Part shown: positions 37,525 to 49,886 of the stretch, in pieces | Layout of the letters: every line of letters begins with the position of its first letter | Position numbering within the stretch: the first letter of the stretch is position 1 | From: Octopus vulgaris | Lineage: Eukaryota | Direction: 5' to 3' | Length of the DNA stretch: 64,000 nucleotides | Assembly: GCA_951406725.2 (NCBI GenBank) | Contig: OX597833.1 | Span: forward strand, 73,222,001-73,286,000 | Made by a program: the position numbers and the translations under genes | The notes under the pieces: generated by a model | Seen by the model: only the letters and a program-made list of their open reading frames with translations | The model's database searches: none | Told to the model about the DNA's origin: nothing

Positions 37525-39820
37525 CCAGTACCTTCGCCAGTTAAACAGTCAACACAGATTCAGATATTCAGCAAGAACAGTAGCAGTTGCAGAACATTAA
37601 CAGACACCACCGAATGACCAATGCACACACATTGAGGGAATCGTTGACCCCCATCACATATTAAACGTGTTTCATAAAATTTTAGTATATTACTGGGCAT
37701 AACTACAGATTTCTGGGCGATCTTTCGATATGGGAATCCCTTATAAACCACGTGTGTTTCTTTACATTTGTGAAGATGATCGTCGGTATCTGTAAAAGAT
37801 TTTAATATTTTTAATATGGTTTTAGCATACCTTCAGCTTTCTCTTAGCTTATATTATTATAGTATATTCTCTATTTAGTTTTGTTACAGTAATGTAATGC
37901 TATTTATTGTTTTCTATTGGGAAATAGATTATTTTATTTGGCTTTTTTGAGTAAGGGTGAATATAATGACTGAACGTCACTTATAACTTAAGTGTTATCA
38001 TTATACACAAATCCGAGCTACAGTATATAATGCCATAGAGAAATATACTCATGAAACGCTATGAATATTAACGACATGTATGTATAATATTTTCTTCGTG
38101 TTCGTTTAACCGCTTTAAGAAAATATAATTTAATGATTACAGAAATGCATATTTATTTATACTCAGTTGAAAAAAAAACGTGAAGAGAAACATTTTCTTA
38201 ATTAGTTTTATTATATAAATATAACATTTTATATTATTTACATTAGAAAGGAAAGATAAGTACGACTATATATTCATTCGCTAATTCGTAAATCTAATAG
38301 ATTAATCAACAATTCAAAATAGACTTGTTGATATTTTCTTTGGACATGGCATGAAGATCACCAATGTCTCAAAGGAGTGAGTGTCGTGGAGTTCAGTTAC
38401 ATCCAACAAACACTAAAGTTTTTCCCAAAATCAACTTGACTTAAAAGAATCGAAATCCATTACAAATATTCTTTACGTAACTTTTTAGAATCTTTATATG
38501 AGCAGTTATATTAACCAATGGAAAAAGCAAAAATAATAATTCTTCGGCAATACATTACGTCATATTGCCAATTGGCGCCATATTTCAAAATAGCTAAAAT
38601 GGCAATTTGTTACAATGGCATTGGGGTGAAAGGGGATCTTTTGAAGTCAGCGTGAAAGCGAAAGAGACAGAGAGAGCGCGATTGTATGAGGGAAGTTCTT
38701 TTGAAGCTGACGTGAAGCGGAAGAATTTATGTGCGCGCGCGCGTTTGATGGGGTGGGTGGGGTGAGACAGAAAGTGTGGTGTGTATGTGAATTGCTTTTG
38801 TTGGGGTGTGTGAAGAGACAGAGAGAGCAATGGTGCTGGTGTGTGTGAGAGATAAATGAATTTTTTTGTAGTGAGTGAATGTGTGAGTGATTGACAGAGA
38901 AAAAGCGAGAGATAGAGAGAGAAGTTATGTATGTATGAATGGCTTCACTGATACACACACACACACACACACACACGCCAACTTCAAAAGAATTTCCCTG
39001 ATCAAATCGCGGTCTCTTTCGCTTGTCCCCCCCCCCTCACCCGACTTTGGATGATCATAACTTTCAGAAAAATGGACATTTTTCAATGAAATTTTCTACG
39101 AATATGTGTTATATCATGTAGATTCCGAATATACAAAATTTTGGTGAGATTGTGTTTTAGTAGGGAGTCGGGTGGAGAATTTTAGAAAATTCACCGGAGT
39201 CCACTTTAAAGCGTCTTAACTTTCAAGAAAATGGATATTTTTTAATGAAATTTTCTACAAATATACCTCGGACTATGTAGATTCCGAGGACATAGGAATG
39301 TGGAGGGAAAACAATTGGGGGCTATTTTAGAGAACCGTTCCCCACTCACGAGTGTTTCTGAACAAGTCCATATTTATAGAGAATTTCATTAAAAAATATC
39401 CATTTTCATGATTACGACGAATTGAAGTGGACTTCAGTGAATATGCCACATATTTTACGCACTTGAGAAATAATTTCTGATGGACAAGGGGCTTTCACAG
39501 TCTTCATATTCTTAACTACTGCCAAGAAGAATAGTTGGACCTTCACTTCTGTTCACATTAGGTCAGATCTCTCACATTTAGTAGCTTTTCATATTTGCAA
39601 GTTGTTCGTTTTGACATTAAGATAGTGGGAAGTAGTGACGAGGGGTGTATGAATCAATTTTGGAGTTTCCTCATAGAAAATTTGAAATTAATTGTTTTCT
39701 TTTTTCCATATTACTAATCTCCATATTTTTCCACATAGACTGAAAAAAAAAATTCGAAAAATAGTGAAAAATTTAAAATTTGGAGTGGGGAGGGGGAATT
39801 GAAAATTATGAAAAAATGGT
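35880..39820. mobile_element. Large foldback/TIR-type element with long inverted termini; left arm interrupted by an RTE-tail insertion
   Basis: 35880-35962 + 36541-36635 is the reverse complement of ~39636-39820 (e.g. AATTTCAAATTTTCTATGAGGAAACTCCAAAATTGATTCATACACCCCT). Internal motif AAAATGGATATTTTTTAATGAAATTTTCT occurs in both orientations. TTCAATC is duplicated at 35956 and 36541 around the insertion. Confidence 0.7.
37430..37521. repeat. (AG)n microsatellite
   Basis: Directly visible. Confidence 0.98.
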
Positions 39821-40589
39821 ACTAGTCTTACATAAAATAAGTCTTGTGATTGATTTCTTCGACTAAAACCCTTTTAGGTGATGCTCCAGCATGGCAGCAG
39901 TCAAATGACTGAAACAAGTAAAAGAATAATATATTTCAAACGACCAATCCTGTTAGCGTTCTGGAGCCTCCATAAGTTGGTATGACAAATTCTTTACAAG
40001 GGCTCAGAGTTTTTCATGAAGCCAAGTTATGCAGATCCTGCCTTTTCCCGAGAAAAATGAATACACAATGGAACCTACGCAACCAATGATGAACCGACCT
40101 GAATTATCGAAACGATGGATGAACGACAATTGACGGAACTTGTAATGTTTCTTGCTTTGAGCCATTGTACCACTTAACAAAGGAATAAACTCCCAATGTT
40201 ATGTTAAAGTTAGTTCCTTTTATTACAAATATGAACATGCAAAATATATTAGACAATGATGTACATGATTCTTTAGTAAAACCAAGGGAGACTTCATCAT
40301 TGTAAAAGGTGTTTTATGATGTCTAATATCATTAATTTATAACATTTGAAGAGAAACTACTGTCTGTATTGGAAAGAATCCTTGTATATAACAGGTTTGT
40401 GGTTTAATGGACATCTAGGAATGACAGGTAAAAATGAACCAGTTAAGATTAGAATTCACAATGCAGAATAAAAATAGTGTTAGGCTAATTGCGCTCATAC
40501 ACCCCTCTTGAAATACAACCATGTTAGAACCACTCTGATATATATATATATATATATATATGGTGGTTGTCAACTCCTTATGCAGAGAC

Positions 40590-40790
40590 AGACCTCCTCC
40601 TGTACTTACACCTTAAAGCCATCATAACGTCTGATGTGGCTTTTTAAACCAGACGATATTTTGGAAAGACATCCACACAGATTGCAAATTTGATTTGGAC
40701 CACCAAGAGTTCTGATCTTTGTGTGTCTTAAAATGTCTTTTGAGGCCTCCGTTAGATTTGCTGACCTTATGGCATTAAAAGGTGCACACA
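40590..40790 (-). mobile_element. RTE-like LINE 3' fragment with C2H2-like motif
   Basis: ICNLCGCLSKISSGLKSHIR; a similar relic lies at 57400-57700 (+): WEEVANDCPYW...CNHCLCDCHSHVSLYSH. Confidence 0.55.
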
Positions 40791-41649
40791 CACATATACA
40801 TATCTATATGTTAAGTCAAGTGAAGTCATTGTTGTGGCCGGTAACAGTACCGCATGATTGGCACTTGTGCCGGTGCTCGTAGGAAGCACCATTTGAGCGT
40901 GGTTGATGCCAGTACCGCCTGACTGGTCCTGTGCCAGTGGTATATAAAAAGCACCATTTGAGTGTGGTTGATGCCAGTGCCACTTGACTGGCCCTCGTGC
41001 TAGTGGCACGTAAAACACACCCGCTATACTCTCAGAGTGGTTGGTATTAGGAAGAGCATCCAGCTGTAGAAACACTGCCAGATCAGATTGGAGCCTGGTG
41101 CAGCCTTCTGGCTTGCCAGCTCTCAGTCAGACCGTCCAACCCATGCCAGCATGGAAAGCGGACGTTAAATGACAATGATGATATTTATATATATACATGT
41201 ATAAAAGTATGTCTGTCTGTCTGTTTGTCTGCCTGTATGTATGTATATTTTGTTAGGTCACTCTTAGTGCTGCTGATGGTATGTAGCCCAGTACAATACA
41301 TCGTATGGTTGGGCTCCTGGCAACTAAACCAGCAAACCTACCAAGCCTGTTTGATAAGGAGGGTAGTTTCCTTGAACAACCATCAAGACGAAAAACAAAC
41401 TCTGTCAAAGAATAGATGAGCTTAGCAGAGTCAATGGCCATCATACAACTGAGAGTGAGAAACCCCTAATCTTTGTTCAGACATCAATCTAAGAGAAGGA
41501 AGCTCCTAAATAACATCCACCTCATTGCAAAGCCAGAAGCCTTGCTTTTGCTTCTTTCTGGGCCACTCGAGAGTCCAGAAACAAGGTGAGAACCTCAGAA
41601 GAGCTGTGAAAATTATTATTGACCTGAAATTTCAGCACAGGCATTGTTG

Positions 41650-42520
41650 ATAAGGCATTAACTTAAGCATTGAGGATAAGATAATTCCTCAGTTATCCTC
41701 ATGATCATCTATGTATTGAGAGCCACCATGTATGTGTGCACGTATGCATGTATGTATATTGTTATTTCATTTTATTTCAAAATTTCATGCCAATAGATTG
41801 AAGGCTCCTTCACTGGAATTTCAACAATATCAACTGGGTATGTATGTATATGTAGATTTGTATGTTTTGCTTTAAGTACGTATTCTCATACATATAGCTA
41901 CATATCTAGACATGCTCATATAGACTTCAAGGCTAAACTTCTGGAAAGATTTACAGATTTCTATAATTTGAGGGATGGCTTGGATTTGTAGTCTTCGAAT
42001 CAGCTTTCTCCTTTCTAGTTTTGAGAAGCCGAATTTCTCAAGATTATTAGTTAGGTAATGTGTTACATATCCCAGGGCCCCCTTAAATACAGTTATAAAC
42101 CTGAACTTGTAACTTGAATAGAGTTACAAGATTCTTCAACAGTTTGGTGTAGATATTTTCTTTTTCACCAATCTTTATGTTAACATCCACTGGGCAGCTG
42201 ATTTCTTCCACAACTGTACACAGTTTCTCTTCTCTGTCCCAAATCATTATGTTTACATTTTATTGAGGTCTTCACCAGTACTCTTTATTATGAGTGGCTA
42301 TAGCTCCTAATTATTTTCGCTTCAGTGTTATCCTTTTGATGGATTTCATTATAATGAGTCTGAGCCACAACATCATGTCTCATCAATACCGTGATAATGT
42401 TTTCGGACAACTACTTATGATGTGGGTAATATCTTCGGTGTTAACTTCACAAATTCTGCATCAGTTGTCACATTTTGCTGCTTTTCCTGTGTCTCTCCAT
42501 TTTGTACATCAGGTCTAAGG
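41650..42520 (-). mobile_element. R4/Dong-like (RLE) LINE 3' fragment
   Basis: Colinear with 61860-62780 (shared GTAGATTTGTATGTTTTGCTTTAAGTACGTATTCTCAT...). Confidence 0.7.
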
Positions 42521-43183
42521 GCCCAACTTACTACTTAGGCTCTTCATCTAACACCAACCCCACACACTGCCCATATTCATTATCCCCTCCACCTACACAC
42601 CTGCATACCGCCTACCTCAGTACCCTCATCATATATACACCACTGTACAAACACCCATACACACTGTTCAACTCAATACTTACTTCACCCCCTCCCCACA
42701 GACACGCTCCCACTCCACTCACACTAGCAGCAAACACTTCTCCTCTGCACCTCCACCACTATCTACACACCCACTCACACTCTTCAATAGTGTCATTATA
42801 CACACCACCATATGAGCAGCCCGACACCCCGCTTAACTCTGTACACACACCATCATGCAGACTCCCACACATTATATCTGAACACAGACAATAAAATACA
42901 CACGTGCATAGACACATCATTTTCATCCACAAACATACAATATACATGCAATATACATGCACATCATTTGACCACAGATACACACACACACGCAAGCACG
43001 TAGACACACCACCTGAACAAGCACGCATCAATTGCTACACACAACACACACGTTAGCCTCACACATTCTTAGTCACATACTCGACCTATTCTCACATACA
43101 CACACGCACTTGTTGCTTTGTTAGCAACCGGCACTTTTTCAAGAACTTAAATTAGACTCAAAGAAAGCAATATACAAACATGA

Positions 43184-43222
<39 letters not shown>

Positions 43223-43691
43223 TGTGTGTGTGTTATGAGAAAAGTACAAATTTATTTAAACCTGTCTACATTACATGCATTTATGATCGAAGTGCTTACC
43301 GTTAAACTAGAATGTTACACCTGCAACCGTAGTGAGGCCTGACCACAATAAATGCCATGCAGCCAGGTACGAGACGGTAGTGTTAAGCTGCTGCCTAAGT
43401 ATTAGGACTTCAGTTGAGCCTAAACTATGCTACCCTACCTGACTTACAGGTATAGTATCTGTGCTGTTTCATGTCTAAATATTTCACCTGACAGGTCGGG
43501 CGCTGAACGAAATGGTTTATTCCAGTTACTATATCCTCGTACGGGTCAAATTGTGTTTATTTAAAATTTAAGTAAAACCAAAGAAATAAATTTGTTTTAA
43601 TATACTTAATGCTTGTTGTAAGAACTTCTGTTTTATTTTGAATCTTGAATTTCATTTTAGTGACTCTTAGCCATTTGATATCCAGATTGTT

Positions 43692-43889
43692 TTCGCGGAA
43701 GTGATTTTCTTTTCTACAAAACTTTCACTTTCACACTTTCACACTTTAACATCGTTTACTTCTGCCATTCTCTAAGTTTCGTTAAACAGTTTTTACTAAT
43801 TCTTCAGTTGTCTCACTTCTTCAGTCCAACTATATTTTTCGAATCCGTTCACAGTATCCAATATTGCAATCGGGTTTCGTTTCTGAGAA
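43692..43889 (+). promoter_or_regulatory. Cluster of IRF/ISRE, STAT(GAS) and ETS-like motifs upstream of the TPR-TIR gene
   Basis: TTCGCGGAA (43692-43700, TTCN3GAA); CGGAAGTG (43696-43703, ETS); ACTTTCACTTTC (43721-43732, reverse complement GAAAGTGAAAGT, IRF-E) followed by ACACTTTCACACTTT; GGTTTCGTTTCT (43873-43884, ISRE-type) overlapping TTCTGAGAA (43881-43889, GAS). Confidence 0.55.
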
Positions 43890-44096
43890 CAGACACTCAC
43901 TGTGTTGTTAGAAAATATTTGTTGATCGGACACATTCAACTGCATTGAACATTTTTATATATAATATATCATTTATAGAAATTTACATTTTCTTTTTGGC
44001 AAAATATACCAGAAAAAAAGTCGACAACAAGGAAACAAAACTATTTTGTTTAGTTTTATAAATTTGCTTTAAAGGATAAAAAAAAAGAGACAGAAA

Positions 44097-44147
44097 ATGG
44101 CTGAAGAAATCGAGGAAATTATTGAAAAATTGGATGGAATTCTACTT
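44097..44147 (+). CDS. TPR-TIR protein, first coding exon (MAEEIEEIIEKLDGILL)
   Basis: Good Kozak context (AAAATGG), 17 codons, GTAAGT donor at 44148. Phase 0 matches the acceptor at 50626. The acidic N-terminus resembles the TTC22 start (MAELE...LD.LI). Confidence 0.72.
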
Positions 44148-44348
44148 GTAAGTATATCAACATATTTACAAACATGAACAAATATTAACTCTGTGTTGTT
44201 TAGTGTGTAGGTATGTATATATACGTGTGTATGTATGTAAGTAGGCAGCTATGTATGTGTGTATAGATATGTATGTATAACAAGTTTATTTCAATAATTC
44301 TTTAAATATAACAATACTAACAAAAACATATAAAGCATAAAACAGATT

Positions 44349-44415
<67 letters not shown>

Positions 44416-44444
44416 CTGTGTATGCGTGTGTACGTGTGTGAATG

Positions 44445-44482
<38 letters not shown>

Positions 44483-45130
44483 GGTGACGGAAGCTGTGAA
44501 GAGAATGAAAGTCGGTCTTGGATATCAAAGTGTGCGTGGCAGATGAAAACAAGAAAGAAACACATAAAACACGCCATCAAAACAGCTGCGAAGCAATGAC
44601 AGATAAAATATTCTACCTGGAAATTGTGCCGATTTGGCATTTGTATGCATCTTTGTGCATAACACTTGCATGTCTAGACATGTGGTGCGTGTAAGTATGT
44701 GGGAAGAAATAATCGTGTGTTTCTAACAGGATTAGTGCCATAGAAAAGTTTGAAATGTCAAAATAACCAATCCACATCCTTTGCGCATTCGAACGCACGA
44801 AACCTTTGGTCTGTTGAGATTATCGAAGTAATTAGTAGACAGAAACTCCCCAAGAAGGAAACAACTGCACCTAACTGACTTTAACCAAGAAAAAACAAAC
44901 ATGAATGAATAAAGTTCCCGAAAGTTTACTATCGGAGCTGGTCATAAAATTCTCATTAGAATTGCCGAGGAAGACGAAAAAATATCTGACACTTGACAAA
45001 AGCAAAGTCAACAACAAGGAAGAGAAGAGAATCCATCCACTTTACACATTTATTTAGAACAAGTTTTCTTTAAATGTGTCCACTTCAAGTGTAAACAACT
45101 GGAAAATTAGAGATCCCCGTTTGTCTAATA

Positions 45131-45660
45131 GGGCCTTTTCGGGTCTGTAAGGGTGTTTTCGCGTCTGTAAGGGTGTTTTCGGGTCTGTAAGGGCTTTTCC
45201 GGGTCTGTAAGGGTGTTTTCGGGTCTGTAAGGGTGTTTTCGGTTCTGTAAGGGCTTTTCCCTGTCTGTAAGGTTGTTTTCGGGCCTATAAGGGCTTTTCC
45301 GGGTCTGTAAGGGTGTTTTCGGGTCTGTAAGGGCTTTTCCGGGTCTGTAAGGGTGTTTTCGGGTCTGTAAGGGCTTTTCCGGGTCTCTAAGGGTGTTTTC
45401 GGGTCTGTAAGGGCTTTTCCGGGTCTGTAAGGGTGTTTTCGTGTCTGTAAGGGCTTTTCCGGGTCTGTAAGGGTGTTTTCGGGTCTGTAAGGGCTTTTCC
45501 GGGTCTGTAAGGGTGTTTTCGGGTCTGTAAGGGCTTTTCCGGGTCTGTAAGGGTGTTTTCGGATCTGTAAGGGCTTTTCCGGGTCTGTAAGGGTGTTTTC
45601 GGGTGTGTAAGGGTGTTTTCGGGTCTGTAAGGGCGTTTTCGGGTCTTTAAGGGTGTTTTT
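45131..45660. repeat. 20-bp minisatellite (~26 units; alternating GGGTCTGTAAGGGTGTTTTC / GGGTCTGTAAGGGCTTTTCC gives a 40-bp higher-order unit)
   Basis: Directly visible; in intron 1 of the TPR-TIR gene. Confidence 0.97.
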
Positions 45661-45948
45661 AATCCTCTGCTTCAGGGGAGACAACCCTTCCTCATTACCA
45701 TTTTTAGATGTTAAAACTTAAATCTCGATTTCTGAGCTTTTCCTTAACGTCCGCCACGTAGAAAGTTAAATGTTTTTTGCCTTTGTCTAGTTTGATGAGC
45801 TGTCCACAAGGCTTTGGCTTTGTGGATAAGCAGCCTTTGGTAACTCTTTGTCTAAAATTAAAATATTTGTCGTCATAATTACTGCTCCATTCTTTAGAAT
45901 GTGCTTCCTTTCTGATATATGTTTTTATTGATTATATAGTTAATAAAT

Positions 45949-46004
<56 letters not shown>

Positions 46005-46833
46005 AGAAAGAAGCACACTTTAAAGAATAGAGCAGTAATTGTTACAGCAGAAATTTTATATTGGACACAGAGTTACCCAAGGTTTTGCATCCACAAAGCA
46101 AAGCCTTGTGGACAGCTCGTCAGACTCTACATAAATACAAAATTTTAAATATCTATGTCGCAGACGTGAGAAAACGCTCAGAACTCGAGGCCCACAATGT
46201 ATGTTACCACCAGTACAAACACCACACCTAGAAGTAATGACCTATTCAGGACCAGCAGCTTGGAGTAGGTATCCGCCTTTCCCAGTTTTGCCACCTCAGA
46301 AGATGACCAAATATTTATCTTCGACACTGATGGGATGACCAGACCCATGCCATATATTACCAAGGGTGTGAATAGTATATTGGTTCTGCTAGTACTTTGT
46401 TCAAGCAATGTTTTCTTAACCACCAGTCAGCCATCAGAGTCCCAGAAAGACGGTTTGTCACGTCATTGGCACCTCAAAGAACAAGGGACGCCATGTGACA
46501 TCAGGTGGAAATTAATCAATCATCTGGGGCCTGTATATTAATGGAAGTGGTCGTTGCAGAGAGAGCCAAAATTCTTAAGGACTATAAGAAACCTGGCACA
46601 TTAACTAGCTGTAAAGAAGTGTTTTCTAAATGCATCCACTTCAAGTGCTGCTTACTGGAAAATTGGATCTCTCCATTTCCTAGTTAGGCCTCGTTGGGTC
46701 TATAAGGGTTTATTTTGCCCTCTGATTCAGGGGAGTAACAAAAAACGTTATTGAAGATGGGTTAAGCTATATTCCTCAAGGTCTGAGTGGTTAGTCATGT
46801 CTGTGACGTAGATATTTAAAATTTTGTATTTAT

Positions 46834-46897
46834 ATAGAATCTGAGGAGCTGTCCACAATGCTTTCCTTTGTGGATACGAAACCTTGGGTAACTCTGT
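46834..46897 (+). ncRNA. Hammerhead ribozyme motif in Penelope pLTR copy
   Basis: ATAGAAT-CTGAGGA-G..GTCCACAA/TTGTGGAT..C-GAAAC-CTTGG-GTA-ACTCTGT. Homologous, more decayed copies at ~45785-45850 (+) and ~46065-46130 (-). Confidence 0.62.
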
Positions 46898-47399
46898 GTC
46901 CAAGATGTAATATATTTGTTGTAATTATATATGTGTTTATATATATATGTATATATATATAATGTACTGATCCGTGAAGAAAATTCAACAAAAAAAAGTA
47001 CTTCATCTGGTGAGAGATAAATATTATTTATTTAAAGGTCACAATAGATGCATTAAAACCCTACTAATAGTTTCATATGTGGAGAGAACTCAAACATATC
47101 CTTCAGGCACAAACGAACTAAAGAAATTGAATGATAGAAGAAATGCAAAATAAACTGAGAAGGCAGCTTATAGAAAACACAGACAGTAAACAAGAGAAAA
47201 AGGAAAAGAGAAAAACTGAAACTAAAATGTCCAAAATAAAAAGTAAAAAGGTAAAAGAGCAAACCTCCTCCTTTGACCTTAAAGGATAAGGCTGGAAAGA
47301 TATCAAGTCGGTCAGGAATAGGCAGAATTTTCCAATTCTTTAAAATGTATTTATACATATGCGTGCAAGCAGTGAAAATTCCTGACCTGGAGTTCAATA

Positions 47400-47950
47400 G
47401 AGAGTTAGGATCTTAGATCAGAACAGGATCTGTGCTCTTTCAGCCAAACAAAGTCTACATTCATTCGATCCCTTCACATCAAGTATGGATTACTTTCCAT
47501 TTAATCACATGAAGTGTTTCAATATCTTTCAAAGTCCATACGTAGCTAGCGAACTTTGTAGTTTTCATTTTGTCCCTATGTCAGGAGGAGGAGGAGGAGG
47601 AGGAGGCTATATGACTGGCATGAGTGATTTCTAAATTCTTTCACATAATCCAGTAGACGTCTTCTCATCAGTTGTATTATTGTTTCGGGTTGCAGAAACT
47701 TCTGCCTCATATAAGATAGGTTTAGTCGCACAGCGTTGGTTAAGTGGAGAGGATCCTGGGTCGTGACAGTTGCAGTTGGGGCTATATGATAATTTCACAG
47801 AAAGCCTATTAAATATTTTCCTGTATCTGTGAGTGGCTGAAAAGTGTTTGTCTAGGAATGATAGGAATCCTTAACCAATGTTAGTTTTATATTAAGGGAA
47901 CAGAGAGGGGTGAAAGTTATTTGCTTTACCTTTAAGAATAATGCTTGAAC
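47400..47950 (-). mobile_element. Penelope-like fragment (RT-endonuclease linker)
   Basis: The - strand reads FTPLCSLNIKTNIG*GFLSFLDKHFSATHRYRKIFNRLSVKLSYS. Confidence 0.7.
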
Positions 47951-48129
47951 AGCGATATTATGCTATTAACACTGTTCATGCTTTATTCTGCACTTGAAAA
48001 TATTTCTCTCCATATGTGTCTGTCTCAATACATCTCAACACTTCCAATAAAGCAAACTTTGTCTACATATAATGTAATCTGAATTTCACATGCAGCGTCT
48101 ATAAAAAAGCTAAGTTTATAAGTTTAAAA

Positions 48130-48244
48130 ATTGCAGAAAAATTTGTCACTGGGCATCTTAGCTTAAAGATAAAGTGCTTGACTGGTAATCACAGAGATGA
48201 GTGTTCAAGTCTCATGGCTGGCTGCTGACAAATTTTTCTGCAAT
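48130..48244 (+). mobile_element. tRNA-like sequence enclosed by a perfect 19-bp inverted repeat
   Basis: ATTGCAGAAAAATTTGTCA / TGACAAATTTTTCTGCAAT flank GCATCTTAGCTTAAAGATAAAGTGCTTGACTGGTAATCACAGAGATGAGTGTTCAAGTCTCAT, a decayed tRNA-Thr-like sequence. Confidence 0.6.
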
Positions 48245-48604
48245 ATAAGGATACGATACTTTTCATGCATTATTCTGTGCTTGAAAATCTTTATCTCCAT
48301 ATTTGTATGCATATATATATATATATATACATGTATTAAAATTAATCAAAGGACATACTAAGTATGTCTACCTGCTGATAACAACTACAGAAATCAACCA
48401 TCCAAAGGCAAACGGGCTAAGACAATCTCAGCATGCATTCAAGTATTTGAACTCACATGGACTGGTTTCTAGACTGGCATTATAGTCTCACCTTCCTCAG
48501 CATACGTTACCATGATATAGAGCCCCAACCCATCATGATTTGTTTTGCACCGAATCATGGCAGTCACCAGTGTGAAAATTCCTGGGGAATTATTTGTTCC
48601 ATAT

Positions 48605-48665
<61 letters not shown>

Positions 48666-48832
48666 GAAAGGGAGGGAGTGAAATCTATTTGTAAATTGGC
48701 AGTCCCAATTAGGACAATATTACTACCTTTTTTTATCCCCAGGAAAACATGTTTTTCAGCTGGCTTCCGGCACACAGCTGTGTCCTTATACCTCAAACAC
48801 CGACTCAAATGTTGGACAGTTTCTTTAGAGGG

Positions 48833-48866
<34 letters not shown>

Positions 48867-49540
48867 TACACTCACGGAGTGGTTGGTGTTAGGAAGGGCA
48901 TCCAGCCGTAGAAACACTGCCAGTATTAAAATATGCTTGACTACTTGAATATAATCCATGAATCTTATTAATATTAATTAAAGTCTATATTGTAGTGTTA
49001 TAGATATGTACATAGTGCTCAAAACTGGTTTATAGAACTGGTTTAAAGTATAAGGAAATTATAAAGATAAAACGTAGGCATTTGATTCTTAATGCAGCCA
49101 ATCTAGACTAGATTTTAATTTAAATGATTTTAAGATTTCCCACATTTCCAAACAGTAAAGATTGCAGTCATGTCTATCACTGACAAAAGGTTTAGCATTT
49201 AACTCCCAGACTTTTGTGGGAGTTGTTATCGTTTTATTCCCACTTTCTAAATGTATGAAGACGATTACAATTTAAAGTTGGAAGAAGTGGTATCTACATA
49301 AGTGAACGTGTGTAGATTAGTTTTAACATTACATTTCTATACAATGTTTTTGGTCAGATATCTATTTCCTGGTGGACATTTGAAGAAACTAAAAAAACTG
49401 ATGGTTAATCTGAAGGATCATAAAATAATTTCAGGGAGAATCCTTCATATTCGTTCTAATTATGTTTAATCCATTGCTTTGGCAGACTCTTTGACTGGGG
49501 CTATGCTTTCTAAGTAAAGATTTTGTATGATGGTCTAGAG

Positions 49541-49886
49541 TAGTGCTTCTCAACTGGGGTCCATGTGGTCCCTGAGAGTCCATAGAAGAATTTGGGGGGG
49601 GGGTGTCCACGTAATAAAATAGTAAATTTGGAATTCACAATAATATTTTAAGGACCCCTGAAAAAATTTTGATTTTGATGTATAGATTGGTATGTATTGT
49701 AAGAAATAGATAAGTTTATTTCTCTAACATTTTACATAGTTCCACTTACACAAGTTTATGTGAAAACCAAAATAGGAATTTTGAAAGAAGTTTCTATAAT
49801 TCTAAACATCGAATGGCTATGAGGCTCCACCAGAATAGAATAGTAATGAAAGGGGTCCATACATAAAATATGGTTGAGAACTCCTG
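49541..49886. mobile_element. hAT (Charlie/Buster-like) MITE
   Basis: TIRs TAGTGCTTCTCAAC / GTTGAGAACTCCTG; perfect 8-bp TSD GTCTAGAG (49533-49540, 49887-49894). Confidence 0.88.

Larger units (their letters stand above)
45050..46930 (+). mobile_element. Penelope-like element remnants with three pLTR copies (+, -, +)
   Basis: GIY-YIG C-terminal relic (HWHLKEQG..DIRWKLI; SCKEVFSKCIHFK). ~190-bp repeat at ~45730-45915 (+), ~46002-46182 (-) and ~46782-46928 (+). Confidence 0.72.

Noticed and set aside
45085-45684. 199-aa repetitive ORF on the - strand
   Set aside because: Translation of the 20-bp minisatellite.
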